Notes: generated by a model from the sequence alone, not told the origin. Shown: positions 1 through 10,332, counted from the stretch's first letter. The stretch is DNA of 64,000 bases from a virus (IMGVR_UViG_3300026544_000002:38492-102491); one strand, 5' to 3'. Program-made: numbers and translations.

Positions 1-157
1 AAAAGAAAGTGTCCTAGACGTGGACCTACTTGTTTAGTTGAATTAGAAGAGGGACAATATATGTGCAAAAATTGTAAACCAGAAAATCAAATAAATGAAA
101 ATTTATTTGATGCATATGAAGCATATGGGGAAATAAACGTAAAGGGAATATAAAAAC

Positions 158-685
158 ATGATAAAAATAGCTTTAGTAGGACCTGCTTGTTCAGGAAAAA
201 CATCTGCATATGAATATATAAAAAAATTATGTGATGAAAAAAATATATATTTATTAAAATTTGCTCAACCTCATTATGACGTATTAGCCATATTACACCA
301 AGAAAAACATAGACCATTTTTACAAGAATTTAGTGATCTTGCTAAAGAACATTTTGGCGAAGATATTTTTGTAAAAATATTTGAAGAAAAAGTAAATGAT
401 ATTTCGCAAGATAATATTGGTATTTTAATATGTGATGATTTAAGATATTTAATTGAATATGATTCATGTTATTTTTATGATTGGAATTTTATTTATATAG
501 ACGCACACGAATCAATTCGAAAAGAACGTTCTGATAAATTAGGTTTGAAATGGAATCCTAAACACAATTCTGAACAATGTCATGTATTCAAAGATAAATG
601 TGCAATTCAGATTGAAAACAATGATTTATTAGATGATTTTTTGAATAAAATAGAATCAGTTTTTCATAATATAATAAATCAATAA
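158..685 (+). CDS. deoxynucleoside monophosphate kinase-like P-loop kinase
   Basis: GPACSGKT Walker A, KFAQP, ICDDLRY and HNSE motifs typical of phage dNMP kinases. Confidence 0.75.
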   Translation: MIKIALVGPACSGKTSAYEYIKKLCDEKNIYLLKFAQPHYDVLAILHQEKHRPFLQEFSDLAKEHFGEDIFVKIFEEKVNDISQDNIGILICDDLRYLIEYDSCYFYDWNFIYIDAHESIRKERSDKLGLKWNPKHNSEQCHVFKDKCAIQIENNDLLDDFLNKIESVFHNIINQ

Positions 686-700
686 AGGAATTTTATTAAC

Positions 701-1075
701 ATGGGAAAAGAAAAAATTGATTGGATAACACTTTTGAATATAGATATAGATAAAAAAAGATTTTTGAGAATTTTTAGAAAAGAATTAATACAACATCCAG
801 ATTTACTTCCATATATTTTAACGATTGCATCAGGTGCTGCAATCGATTTCGAAACAAAATGCAAAACAGAAAATGATAATACATTGAGAAATGCATTAGG
901 TGATGCTGTTCATCTTTTAGCTATGGATAAAAAACCATCATTAAAATATATGTCAAAAAATTATTGTCAAAGAATTAAAAAAGCATTATATCCAAATGGT
1001 ATTTCTAATTATCATCATCAAGGAGAAAAAATGTTCTTTAAAAAAATGAATTGGGATAAAGATGAGGTAACATAA
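701..1075 (+). CDS. hypothetical protein
   Basis: 124-aa ORF with AAGGA upstream, in a plus-strand gene run. Confidence 0.6.
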   Translation: MGKEKIDWITLLNIDIDKKRFLRIFRKELIQHPDLLPYILTIASGAAIDFETKCKTENDNTLRNALGDAVHLLAMDKKPSLKYMSKNYCQRIKKALYPNGISNYHHQGEKMFFKKMNWDKDEVT

Positions 1076-1482
1076 TGGATACTCCATATATAAATTTAAA
1101 ATTAACAATTAATCAAGCTCGTTTATTATCAAGAACATGTGAATTAGTTAGCAGATTACATATGGGGCAAACAGATGTTTTAATGGATATTTCATCTAAT
1201 GCAAATTGGGATAATTGTTTATTAGTTAAAAAAATATTATTTCCAGAATTTCAATCTGGTGGTTATTATGGAATTAACAGCAATGAAATATCTGATGAAG
1301 CACGACAATTAACAGATATAAAACATGTTGTGCGACATCATTTAGCATGGAGAGAACAGAAAAATACACCAGAAACAAGAAAATGGCCAGAACAATTAGG
1401 GGTTCATTTTGATACTCCTAGTCGATATAGTCATAAAGAACCATTGCCAGAAATAGAAGAAGTTGATGTTAGAAAAGATTAA
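1075..1482 (+). CDS. hypothetical phage protein
   Basis: 135-aa ORF, TAATG overlap with upstream gene, GAGG RBS. Confidence 0.65.
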   Translation: MDTPYINLKLTINQARLLSRTCELVSRLHMGQTDVLMDISSNANWDNCLLVKKILFPEFQSGGYYGINSNEISDEARQLTDIKHVVRHHLAWREQKNTPETRKWPEQLGVHFDTPSRYSHKEPLPEIEEVDVRKD

Positions 1483-1525
1483 TTTTTAACTAAAATAGAA
1501 TTTAATATTAAAAAGGAGATGAAGT

Positions 1526-1696
1526 ATGGCTAAAGAGAAAAAAATAGAAACCCTTCGTGAAAAATTGACATCAGCAGATAAATTCAAAAAGCATTGTGAA
1601 AATGCTGGTGTCGAAGCAACTACGAGACAATTGTCGAAATATCAGATGAAAAAAGGCAAAGTGTATCGTTCACAAGTTTTAAAAGAGACTGTATAA
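1526..1696 (+). CDS. small basic hypothetical protein (56 aa, not in ORF track)
   Basis: AAGGAG RBS, then ATG GCT AAA ... GTA TAA; MAKEKKIETLREKLTSADKFKKHCENAGVEATTRQLSKYQMKKGKVYRSQVLKETV. Confidence 0.65.
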   Translation: MAKEKKIETLREKLTSADKFKKHCENAGVEATTRQLSKYQMKKGKVYRSQVLKETV

Positions 1697-1698
1697 AA

Positions 1699-1738
1699 TT
1701 AGAAGTGTGTGTAAAAATCTTTTTACACACACTTCTAA
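1699..1738 (+). terminator. long hairpin / terminator
   Basis: TTAGAAGTGTGTGTAAAAA-TC-TTTTTACACACACTTCTAA inverted repeat right after a stop codon. Confidence 0.55.
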
Positions 1739-1749
1739 ATAAGGAGAAT

Positions 1750-2067
1750 ATGGAAAATTTGAAATTAATCAAATCCGATTCTTTTGGGATATATGAAATT
1801 CCAGAAGCAATTAATGATTTTCGTAAATTTTGGGAATGTAAATTTGAACAAGTTCCGAAAGAATATCAAGATTCTATCACAATCGATTTTATGTTTTATG
1901 ATAGTTATGGTGCACCTGGTTTGGATGTAACTATTTATTATCAAAGAGAGAAAACAAAAGCAGAAATTGAAGATGAAAAGAAAAAATTTGATCATATACA
2001 AATGAAGAAAAGAAAACGACAGAGAGAAGAATATGATAGATTGAAAAAAATCTTCGAAGATGAATAA
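1750..2067 (+). CDS. hypothetical protein
   Basis: ORF track 1705..2067; start moved to ATG 1750, which follows AAGGAG. Confidence 0.6.
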   Translation: MENLKLIKSDSFGIYEIPEAINDFRKFWECKFEQVPKEYQDSITIDFMFYDSYGAPGLDVTIYYQREKTKAEIEDEKKKFDHIQMKKRKRQREEYDRLKKIFEDE

Positions 2068-2254
2068 TATGAAAATTACTATTGAACTATATCAAGGTCC
2101 AAATCATGATCCAGAAGTTACAAAAAAAGATATTCAAAGAAACATCGAAACAATTGATAGATATTTAAATGGGAAACAAACTGCTAATGATTACATATCA
2201 TTGTTGGATACACAATCTATTTTAATAAATATTCGGAAACAATTAAAGGATTGA
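2060..2254 (+). CDS. hypothetical protein
   Basis: 64-aa ORF overlapping the upstream stop. Confidence 0.5.
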   Translation: MNNMKITIELYQGPNHDPEVTKKDIQRNIETIDRYLNGKQTANDYISLLDTQSILINIRKQLKD

Positions 2255-2255
2255 T

Positions 2256-3191
2256 ATGCAATTTTCAGAAATAGAAAATAATATCATTTTAGAATATCCA
2301 GTTGGGTCACATTTATATGGTACAAATACCAAAGATTCTGATCAAGATTTTTCTGGTATTTTCATTGCTCCTATCGATTATTATTTTGGAATGAAAGATG
2401 TTAAGGAAATAGATTTTTCAATAGCGTCAAAACATGAAAATGGAAAGAATGATAAAAATGCAATCGATAGAAAATTTTATGAATTAAAAAGATTCATAAA
2501 ATTAGCTGCTGATAATAACCCCGCAATTATAGAACAATTATTTGTACCATTAGAAATATTAATCAATTCTACTTTTAGAGGATTAGCAATTTTAAATCAC
2601 AAAGAAATATTTCTACACAAAGGATTGTATCAGCGATTTCTTGGATATGCATATTCCCAAAAAAAGAAAATGATTGTTAAATTAGATAATCATGATAAAT
2701 ATGAACATGTGAAAAAAGTATTGGAGGAAGCAAATCCGACCGATACACTGCATCATGTTAAAAATATTCTCGGAAAATATTTTGATAAAGAACATATGGC
2801 AGTTGGTGATATCAAAATACCTTTAGGTGTATTGAATAAAAAAGCATTATCGATTATTAATAAAAGATTTTCTAATATGTCACATAGGAAAGAATTGATT
2901 CGTAAACATGGTTTCGATACGAAATTCGGTTCTCACCTAATTCGTTTGACGTTAGAAGGAATCGAATTGTTGGAAACAGGAAATTTGGTTTTTCCATTAA
3001 AAGAAAATAAATTAATTATAGATATAAAAAATGGGAAATATGATCTGAAAGTATTATTAGAATTATTCGATGAATTAGAAAATAGAATCAAAAAAGCAAA
3101 AGATAATTCAGAATTACCAAAGAAACCAGATTTTGATAGAATCAATAATTTATCTATTGATTTAATATCATCATTTTTTGATAATTGTTAA
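2256..3191 (+). CDS. nucleotidyltransferase, RlaP/YcgL-like (Pol-beta superfamily)
   Basis: GSHLYGTNTKDSDQDFSGIF, YELKRFIKL..NNP, and GFDTKFGSHLIRL motifs. Confidence 0.85.
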   Translation: MQFSEIENNIILEYPVGSHLYGTNTKDSDQDFSGIFIAPIDYYFGMKDVKEIDFSIASKHENGKNDKNAIDRKFYELKRFIKLAADNNPAIIEQLFVPLEILINSTFRGLAILNHKEIFLHKGLYQRFLGYAYSQKKKMIVKLDNHDKYEHVKKVLEEANPTDTLHHVKNILGKYFDKEHMAVGDIKIPLGVLNKKALSIINKRFSNMSHRKELIRKHGFDTKFGSHLIRLTLEGIELLETGNLVFPLKENKLIIDIKNGKYDLKVLLELFDELENRIKKAKDNSELPKKPDFDRINNLSIDLISSFFDNC

Positions 3192-3454
3192 AGGAGATTA
3201 TTCTGATGTTAGAAAAAAAAGATACATATAATTTAGGTTGTCGTGCAGAAGATATAATAACAGAATTTCAAGGTATTATTACAGGTTTTTGTAGATACAT
3301 TACAGGATGTGATCAATATTTAATCACTCCTAAAGTAGATAAAGAAGGAAAACCCGTATCTGCAAAATGGTTCGATGAAAATAGAATTGAAATATTAGAT
3401 TATGAACCTATTGTTATCAACACTGGTATGAGTGAAGAAGCTCCTATTAAATAA
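3185..3454 (+). CDS. hypothetical phage protein
   Basis: DIITEFQGIITG..YITGCDQY..WFDE pattern seen in small phage proteins; real start probably ATG 3206 after AAGGAG. Confidence 0.65.
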   Translation: MLKEIILMLEKKDTYNLGCRAEDIITEFQGIITGFCRYITGCDQYLITPKVDKEGKPVSAKWFDENRIEILDYEPIVINTGMSEEAPIK

Positions 3455-3465
3455 GCATATTCGAT

Positions 3466-3505
3466 AAAATCCCCTCTTGATCAAAAATTCAAGAGGGGAT
3501 TTTTT
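3466..3505 (+). terminator. intrinsic terminator
   Basis: AAAATCCCCTCTTGA / TCAAGAGGGGATTTT stem followed by a T-run. Confidence 0.75.
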
Positions 3506-3521
3506 ACGTTATGGAGTTTGA

Positions 3522-3842
3522 ATGAAAAAAATAATTCTCCAAGAAGAAAGAAATTTAGATGATGTGTTAAAAAGTGCTATCAGAACATTTCCAAATGGTT
3601 GTAATTTTCGATTAACAAAAGAAGCAAATGATAAATATTATCTTGAATATGGTTGTTATGGTGTTCTTGTTAATTTATTAACAGGAGATGAACGATTATT
3701 ATACAAATGGTTTATTTCAAATAACAAAGAACAAATCAGAAAATGTTTATCAGATGTTGTTTCTTATGAAACTATATTGTTTTTATTAAAAAAAGAAACG
3801 TGTTCAGTCTGTGGTGGTATAAGATTTTTTAAAAAAAATTAA
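3522..3842 (+). CDS. hypothetical protein
   Basis: 106-aa ORF, GGAG RBS. Confidence 0.6.
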   Translation: MKKIILQEERNLDDVLKSAIRTFPNGCNFRLTKEANDKYYLEYGCYGVLVNLLTGDERLLYKWFISNNKEQIRKCLSDVVSYETILFLLKKETCSVCGGIRFFKKN

Positions 3843-3852
3843 AGGAGATAAT

Positions 3853-4311
3853 ATGAAAAAATATAAATTACCTGTTTCATGGGAAGCATATGGTATATTA
3901 CAAATAGAAGCAAAAGATGATATTGATTTTTTAACTAAAGTGAGAAATTATAAAATCAATAGCGATGAATTACCATTACCACAAGAATCTGATTATATAG
4001 ATGGTTCTTTTAAAATAGAAGAAGAAGATGATATAATTTTAGAAATGAATAAAATTGAAATAACTGATATAGATGCAGCAAAAATTTATATCAAATCATA
4101 TTTAGATTCACATACAGAATATCCAGAAGACAAATGGGTGCAAATATCTAATGATAATGATTTAAATATGTGGATAACAGATGATACAAAAGCAAGAAAA
4201 GCAGCATTGTATCCAGTTAAAAATGGAAAAACAGATACATCTGTTTGGGTAAAAATTAACGTACGTGAATTAGAAAAGGAATGTAAAAATGTTGCTAAAA
4301 AAGATAGCTGA
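3853..4311 (+). CDS. hypothetical protein
   Basis: 152-aa ORF, AAGGAG RBS. Confidence 0.65.
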   Translation: MKKYKLPVSWEAYGILQIEAKDDIDFLTKVRNYKINSDELPLPQESDYIDGSFKIEEEDDIILEMNKIEITDIDAAKIYIKSYLDSHTEYPEDKWVQISNDNDLNMWITDDTKARKAALYPVKNGKTDTSVWVKINVRELEKECKNVAKKDS

Positions 4312-5164
4312 TATAAAAGGACCTTTATTAACAGAAGAAAAATATGGACATGAATTTACTATTCGTGAAATTCTTGAATATTATTACAGTAGTAATGATA
4401 TGACGAATTACAAAGAATTAGCTGAAAAATATATTCAATGTCATGGATCATCAAATAAAACCGTTCAAGATTTAAGAGAAAAAAATAATGATATTATGTT
4501 TGGAGATTTGGATAAACACCCTTCATATGGAATGGTTTCTATTAGTAGAACTTCTTGTCATCCAAGTGTTCCTGCATATGGCAGTAAAATAAAACATAAC
4601 ACATTAATATCATTAAAAGTTATGAGATCTGAAAAAAATCGTGATTTATATTCAGAACATTTTTTCTCAAAAAAAACTATTGTAGAATTATATTTTACAC
4701 CATCACAATTTGCACAAATGGTATCTAGTATAAATACATCAGGCGTACCATGTACATTACGATTCATTGAAGGTGAAGGTTGGTTAGAAGATACTCCTAC
4801 GAATGATGTTAAAAGAGAAATGATAGATGATATTGATAGACAAATGGTTAAATTAAAATCAGTAATTGCTAAATTATCGAATGAAGCATCTGATTTACTT
4901 GAAAAAAAAGGAAATTTGAAAAAAGATGATAAAAATAATATATCATCTTTGTTAACTAGAATATATAATGAAATTAATTCAAATTTCGATTTTCTTAATA
5001 GATGTCAAAAAGAAAAATTAGAAGATACAGTAGCAGAAGCACAAGCACAAGTAGAGGCTACAATTAATAAAACTATTTCTGATTATGGGATGAATGGTAT
5101 CAAAGAAAAAATGATAAGTTCATCGAAAATACATGATACGTTGGAGATATCTAATGAAGAATAA
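4289..5164 (+). CDS. hypothetical phage protein with C-terminal coiled coil
   Basis: 291-aa ORF, HPSYGMVSISR...SQFAQMVSSINTSGVPCTLR. Confidence 0.7.
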   Translation: MLLKKIADIKGPLLTEEKYGHEFTIREILEYYYSSNDMTNYKELAEKYIQCHGSSNKTVQDLREKNNDIMFGDLDKHPSYGMVSISRTSCHPSVPAYGSKIKHNTLISLKVMRSEKNRDLYSEHFFSKKTIVELYFTPSQFAQMVSSINTSGVPCTLRFIEGEGWLEDTPTNDVKREMIDDIDRQMVKLKSVIAKLSNEASDLLEKKGNLKKDDKNNISSLLTRIYNEINSNFDFLNRCQKEKLEDTVAEAQAQVEATINKTISDYGMNGIKEKMISSSKIHDTLEISNEE

Positions 5165-5402
5165 AATTTTAATAGAAGTATCTAGTGGAACAATTACAAA
5201 TGTTAGAGCAACAAATAATGATATTGATGTACATATTATTGATCATGATATTGAAGATGATGATTATCCGACTGAAATAATGGAAGAATTTTATAGTAAA
5301 CCGATTGATTATTATGGTGATCCATTAACAGATGAAGAATTTACAAACATGTTAAATAATCTTATAGAAGATGCAAAAAAGCATATAGAGGAGGATTTAT
5401 AA
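5154..5402 (+). CDS. hypothetical acidic protein
   Basis: ORF track 5133..5402; ATG 5154 follows GGAG. Confidence 0.6.
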   Translation: MKNKILIEVSSGTITNVRATNNDIDVHIIDHDIEDDDYPTEIMEEFYSKPIDYYGDPLTDEEFTNMLNNLIEDAKKHIEEDL

Positions 5403-6308
5403 ATGTCATTTCTTACAGAATCCCTTGAGATGGGATTAGAAACAATTGATCATGGTTTATATGAATATCGTGATCGATATTCATCAGTTTGGTACGAGAT
5501 ATTGAGAGGTGTTACCAGACCTGATGAATTACCTTCATTGGCAATTTTCACAGGAGGACCGACTACACCAATTGATGATAGACAATATGTTGGAGCAGTT
5601 TCTACAGAATACAAATTCTTTGGAAATGCAATGGCTGTTGATGCAGTTATGGAATCTGTTAATAATTTATCATCAGGAAATAATAATATTTCTGAAAAAA
5701 CAATTTTTTCTGCCAATATGACTCAATTGTCATCCGAATTGATGATTATCAATCGTTCATCTAATTCAAATAGTAGAGAAATTGTTGTTCCAATGATCAA
5801 TATTGAAAATTCATATAATGGCACAAAAGCCGCTATGTATTCTTTTGGTATTGGTATTGTTGATGAAAATTTTAATTTGATTGGAAGTGTTTCTCTTAAA
5901 AAGAAAATTTCAAGCATGAGACAGATTCATATCATGTGTTCTAATACACAATTAGAATCAAATATTGGTAGTTATATTGATGTATTTAATACGAATATTA
6001 CTGATTTGATAAATGAAAATTTTGAAAAAGTTATTCCAGCAGAAGATGCAATGAAAGCATTGGGTATGGTAGAAAAGTTAGGAAAACGAAGATATGCAGC
6101 AGTTGTCCATAATCTTGCCAATTTGACAAATAATGGAAACGAATTTGATGAAGATAATATTCCTCCGATTAATGCATGGAATATGTTTATGGCTATTGCT
6201 ACTTATTCATGTAAAGAAGAGAATATCAATGCGAAGAAAATGCTTGATAATATTGCAGAAAGAACATTGAACATTCCTACCAGAATGTTGTCTGCATTGA
6301 ACGGATAA
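5403..6308 (+). CDS. DUF932-like protein
   Basis: VGAVSTEYK..N, INIENSYNGT and NAWNMFMA resemble the DUF932 pattern (VS..Y, NSHDGS, WxxxNA). Confidence 0.55.
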   Translation: MSFLTESLEMGLETIDHGLYEYRDRYSSVWYEILRGVTRPDELPSLAIFTGGPTTPIDDRQYVGAVSTEYKFFGNAMAVDAVMESVNNLSSGNNNISEKTIFSANMTQLSSELMIINRSSNSNSREIVVPMINIENSYNGTKAAMYSFGIGIVDENFNLIGSVSLKKKISSMRQIHIMCSNTQLESNIGSYIDVFNTNITDLINENFEKVIPAEDAMKALGMVEKLGKRRYAAVVHNLANLTNNGNEFDEDNIPPINAWNMFMAIATYSCKEENINAKKMLDNIAERTLNIPTRMLSALNG

Positions 6309-6313
6309 GAAGT

Positions 6314-6348
6314 ACAAAAAAAGTCACTGAAATGGTGACTTTTTTTGT
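6314..6348 (+). terminator. intrinsic terminator
   Basis: ACAAAAAAAGTCAC-loop-GTGACTTTTTTTGT just after the stop. Confidence 0.75.
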
Positions 6349-6407
6349 CTATTTATGCTCTAAAACGCTATATCATATATTCTTTTATACGACTATCACA
6401 CTGTTTT

Positions 6408-6420
6408 TATATATATTAAT
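6408..6420 (+). promoter_or_regulatory. putative early/middle promoter motif TATATATATT
   Basis: Same 10-mer recurs at 36105 and 52964 upstream of plus-strand accessory islands. Confidence 0.45.
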
Positions 6421-6468
6421 TAGTGATACCAAACGAATGATATTTTTAACTATATAAGGAGAAATAAA

Positions 6469-6759
6469 ATGACGAATTCGATAGCAGTAAAAAACGTGGT
6501 AGAAGTAGAATTTGATTTTTCTTGTGATGTTGTTCTCGCAGGAGAAAAATCAAATATCTTTCAAGAAATCAAACTGACTGATTTTTATAATCGGTCGGTT
6601 TCTTTTAACTTTTCGAAAGAGATGGTCTGTTCAAACAGAGATCTCTTTGAGAAGGTTAAAAGAAGTCAAGTAGCTGGTGGGTTGTTAACACCTAGCTACT
6701 TGACAAAATTAGTTGAAGAAGCTGATGGCTTCTTCAACAGGCATTGTTTCGCATATTAA
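6469..6759 (+). CDS. hypothetical protein
   Basis: 96-aa ORF, AAGGAG RBS, own promoter-like motif and terminator. Confidence 0.65.
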   Translation: MTNSIAVKNVVEVEFDFSCDVVLAGEKSNIFQEIKLTDFYNRSVSFNFSKEMVCSNRDLFEKVKRSQVAGGLLTPSYLTKLVEEADGFFNRHCFAY

Positions 6760-6768
6760 ACAATGCCG

Positions 6769-6800
6769 AAAAATCTTCTCTCATCTGGAAGATTTTTTTT
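6769..6800. terminator. bidirectional terminator between convergent genes
   Basis: AAAAATCTTC...GAAGATTTTTTTT. Confidence 0.55.
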
Positions 6801-6802
6801 GT

Positions 6803-7213
6803 CTATTTTTCCATTACACTAAATTCCAAATCCTCTGGAAATATAATAAATAATTTGATATCATATTTATCACATAATACTTTGATACGATAAACAAATT
6901 TCATATCTTTCATCTCTTCGACAATCAATAAAACTGCTGGTTTCAATTTCATCATTTCTGCATAATACAAAGATTGTCCAATCGATTCTGCCCACTTTGA
7001 AGCAAAGTCAACTTCTATTGCATATTCATTTGTGACGATATCTACTCTCGTTCTATCAGGTAAAATATATTCAGTAGCAATAGCATCATTTTCATCTGCC
7101 CAATACATTTGATATATCTTTTCTTTATGTAAATGTTTTGCGTAAGAATTGGTAATAAGAATAGGAACATAATATTGTAGAAGTATGATTAATAGAATAA
7201 TTATTTTTTTCAT
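6803..7213 (-). CDS. PD-(D/E)xK nuclease-like protein with N-terminal signal/hydrophobic segment
   Basis: EYILPD..RVDIV...AIEVDF...ESIGQSLYYA; N-terminus MKKIIILLIILLQ. Confidence 0.6.
   Translation of the reverse strand: MKKIIILLIILLQYYVPILITNSYAKHLHKEKIYQMYWADENDAIATEYILPDRTRVDIVTNEYAIEVDFASKWAESIGQSLYYAEMMKLKPAVLLIVEEMKDMKFVYRIKVLCDKYDIKLFIIFPEDLEFSVMEK
7164..7177 (+). promoter_or_regulatory. late-promoter motif GGAACATAATATTG
   Basis: Member of a ten-copy motif; upstream of and co-oriented with 7282. Confidence 0.55.
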
Positions 7214-7243
7214 GATTTCTCCAAATAAAAGATTATGATTATT

Positions 7244-7258
7244 TCAATATTATGTTCC
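7244..7258 (-). promoter_or_regulatory. late-promoter motif GGAACATAATATTGA
   Basis: Exact copy upstream of 6803..7213 (-). Confidence 0.6.
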
Positions 7259-7281
7259 TAATGAAAACAAGGTAAAAATAA

Positions 7282-8661
7282 ATGGCAAAATTAGTCAATG
7301 GTGGTGATCCAAAAATTCTACAAGTACCTACTGGATTTGTATTAGAATTAGTCATAGATGAATATGATTATGAACCAGATTTACAAAGTATGCGAATCAT
7401 TTCAACATTTAATAGTCCATATCCAATGTTTATTTTTAATTTGAATATAAAACCTATTGAAATGATCCGTCATAAATTATTAGGGGATATAACAATAAAT
7501 TTGACTATTCATATGAAAAATCATGACGGAACAGATATGCAATTTTCTCCTTTTACAGTTGATTTATTATATTTATCCGGTGAATATGAAGTCCCGATAT
7601 CAAATCAATTATTAAATAATGAAGAATCACTACAAGATCAAAAAGCATTTACAATAAGAGCTGTGCCAGAACATGCATATCGTGTAATGACATATAACAT
7701 AAATAAAATATATAGAAATCAAAGTCCCCATAAAATTTTATTCGATATGATATCTGATTTGATTCCTGAATTCAATAGTTCAAGAACAGGTTTTAATATA
7801 AAAACAGATACAGCTGGTGCAAATAATATTCCTATTGAACAAATAATTTTACCTCCAACTGTTGTGAAAAATCATTGTGATTATTTATTAAATGAATTTG
7901 GTGTTTTTGATGGATATGGTGTTTTTTATTCTAGTATAGGTCATGCTGATAATGATTATGAAGCATCTATAAATTATAAAATAATGAATATAACCGATAG
8001 ATGGTTACATTTTGATCCAGTTTTTAAAATAATCCAATTAGCAAACGACGAAGAAGATACAGATAAAATAACAAATAATTTTATATTAGGAAATTATACA
8101 GATTATTATATCTATACTGATGTAACTACTAAATATGTAGCAAATGGTGTTTATTCTGCTATTGGAAGAGATAATTATTATATAAACAAACCAATAGATA
8201 AATTCTATAGAATAGATAATATAGAAACAGATGAATATATCAATAGATATATTGATTACCCTGAATTAGCAGCTAGTATTTATGATAGAAAAAGATATAT
8301 ATCAAATCATATATGTCACAATAGAGATATAGAAAACTATTCACAAATAGCAGTGAATAATCAATATGACGGAACTCCAATACAAGATGAATATTGGTTA
8401 TCTGCTAAATTGAACAAAGCAGTTTTTAATATGACTAGATTAAATGTCACTGTTAACAGAGATTTTCCATTACACTTATTCACAAATATTGGAGAACCAA
8501 TTGAATTTGAATCAAGAACAAATGATTATGATAATTTAAATGGTAGATACATATTATTTTCTACAGATGTTACATTAAGAAGAGAACAAGGTGGATGGAA
8601 ATCATCAGCTAATATAACTTTCACTAGACCAAATTGGAGCAGAGAACAGTTTAATGTCTAA
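7282..8661 (+). CDS. putative baseplate hub-like virion protein
   Basis: 459 aa; C-terminal IGEPIEF..NLNGRYIL..W beta-barrel pattern as in hub/gpD-like proteins; virion context. Confidence 0.4.
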   Translation: MAKLVNGGDPKILQVPTGFVLELVIDEYDYEPDLQSMRIISTFNSPYPMFIFNLNIKPIEMIRHKLLGDITINLTIHMKNHDGTDMQFSPFTVDLLYLSGEYEVPISNQLLNNEESLQDQKAFTIRAVPEHAYRVMTYNINKIYRNQSPHKILFDMISDLIPEFNSSRTGFNIKTDTAGANNIPIEQIILPPTVVKNHCDYLLNEFGVFDGYGVFYSSIGHADNDYEASINYKIMNITDRWLHFDPVFKIIQLANDEEDTDKITNNFILGNYTDYYIYTDVTTKYVANGVYSAIGRDNYYINKPIDKFYRIDNIETDEYINRYIDYPELAASIYDRKRYISNHICHNRDIENYSQIAVNNQYDGTPIQDEYWLSAKLNKAVFNMTRLNVTVNRDFPLHLFTNIGEPIEFESRTNDYDNLNGRYILFSTDVTLRREQGGWKSSANITFTRPNWSREQFNV

Positions 8662-10318
8662 TAAAAAATTAGCTAAAAAACAACAAAAAATGGAAGAATG
8701 GTTAAAATGTCAACAATCATTTTTTTATTTTTGTGCTAGGTATGTTTTATTAGAATTACCAGGTGGTGATGTTAAATTTGATATGTATGATTTACAAAAA
8801 ACTTTAATAGATATGATTGAAGATTTGCATCATGTATTAGTATTAAAATCCAGACAGGTTGGTATATCAACAACACTCCAAGCTTATTGTGCATGGTTAT
8901 TAATATTTTTTCCAAATGTAGTAGTTGGTATTGTTTCAAAAGATGGCCCGGAAGCAACTACTTTTGCAAGAACAATTTCAGGAATGATAGATAAATTACC
9001 AATATGGTTAAAACCACCAGGTGGACAATCTAATCAAAAAGGATTTGCAAAAAGATCAGAACAATCTTTTATTTTAACAAATGGTTCTAAATGTTTTGCT
9101 GCCACAGTCAATCCAAAAGCACCTGGAAAAACTCTTCGTGGTAAAGCTATTACTTTTCTTGTTATCGATGAAGCTGCTTTTATTGAACATATTGATGAAG
9201 CATGGACAGCAATGGTACCTGCTTTATCAACAAATCAAAAACATGCTAAAAAAGCAGGGGTTCCATATGGAACATTGATATTATCAACTCCTAATAAAAC
9301 ATCTGGTGTTGGTTCATTTTATTATAGACAATATACAAATGCTATATCTGGTAATAGTTTACTTACTCCTATGGTTATTCATTGGAGAGATATAAAAGAA
9401 TTGGCAGATGATCCTGATTGGTACAAACAACAATGTATGTTGTTTGATAATGATGATCGAAAAATTAAACAAGAATTAGAATTAGTTTTCTTACCATCAG
9501 CAGGAGCTTTTTTCTCTGATAAAACATGTCAAATTTTACAGGAATTAACCAAAGATTCTAATCCTAATATTAGGAAAATGTTTAATGGAACTGTGTATGA
9601 ATTCAAGAAAGCTGTCAAAGGTCGACCTTATATGATATGTGTTGATACTGCATCTGAACATGGTAATGATTATTCAGCAATAAATATTACTGATTATATA
9701 ACAGACGAACAAGTATGGGAATATCAAGGGAAAAGTGCTGTAACAGATTTTGGAAAAGTAGTTTTATATGCGGCAACTGTTTATGATTCTGGACCCATTG
9801 TTATTGAAAATAATTCATATGGTACACAAGTGGTTGAATTTATGGAAAGAACTCCATTTAGTATGAGATTATATAAAGAACATCCGACAGAAAATACTGT
9901 TAAAACAGGTTTAACAACAACAGGTAAATCTAGACCGTTGATGATAGATGCATTATATTCAATGATAACAGAAGATCCTTCTGTTATTAAATCAAAAAGA
10001 ATGGCACTAGAATTGATTGGATTGGTTTCGAAAAATAATGGAAAAGTAGAAGCTGATTCTGATTGTAATGATGACCTTGCGATGACAAAAGCATTTGGAT
10101 GTTATGTGAAAAAATATGATCCACCATTGATGTTAGATGTTGATTCTCCTGCTACTGATGAATTTGCAGATATAATGGCGATGAATGATGATATATATAC
10201 AGAAAATTCAAATCCTTATGAAATAATAGATAAAAATTTATTAGCTAAAAATTTAAATGATTTTATAAATGAACATAGAAATGTTTCTACAATTGATACA
10301 TTTGAATTTTTAAATTAA
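8654..10318 (+). CDS. terL: terminase large subunit (T4 gp17-like)
   Basis: LKSRQVGIST Walker A, LRG, FLVIDEAAF Walker B, STPN, QELEL, nuclease ICVDTA..DYS, IENN, DDLAM. Confidence 0.93.
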   Translation: MSNKKLAKKQQKMEEWLKCQQSFFYFCARYVLLELPGGDVKFDMYDLQKTLIDMIEDLHHVLVLKSRQVGISTTLQAYCAWLLIFFPNVVVGIVSKDGPEATTFARTISGMIDKLPIWLKPPGGQSNQKGFAKRSEQSFILTNGSKCFAATVNPKAPGKTLRGKAITFLVIDEAAFIEHIDEAWTAMVPALSTNQKHAKKAGVPYGTLILSTPNKTSGVGSFYYRQYTNAISGNSLLTPMVIHWRDIKELADDPDWYKQQCMLFDNDDRKIKQELELVFLPSAGAFFSDKTCQILQELTKDSNPNIRKMFNGTVYEFKKAVKGRPYMICVDTASEHGNDYSAINITDYITDEQVWEYQGKSAVTDFGKVVLYAATVYDSGPIVIENNSYGTQVVEFMERTPFSMRLYKEHPTENTVKTGLTTTGKSRPLMIDALYSMITEDPSVIKSKRMALELIGLVSKNNGKVEADSDCNDDLAMTKAFGCYVKKYDPPLMLDVDSPATDEFADIMAMNDDIYTENSNPYEIIDKNLLAKNLNDFINEHRNVSTIDTFEFLN

Positions 10319-10332
10319 GAACATAATATTGA
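10319..10332 (+). promoter_or_regulatory. late-promoter motif GAACATAATATTGA
   Basis: Exact core copy upstream of 10367. Confidence 0.6.

Noticed and set aside
6408-6420. Archaeal host inferred from TATA-like motifs and a Nop domain
   Set aside because: Peptidoglycan amidase, lipobox lipoprotein, strong Shine-Dalgarno sites and hairpin terminators indicate a bacterial host.
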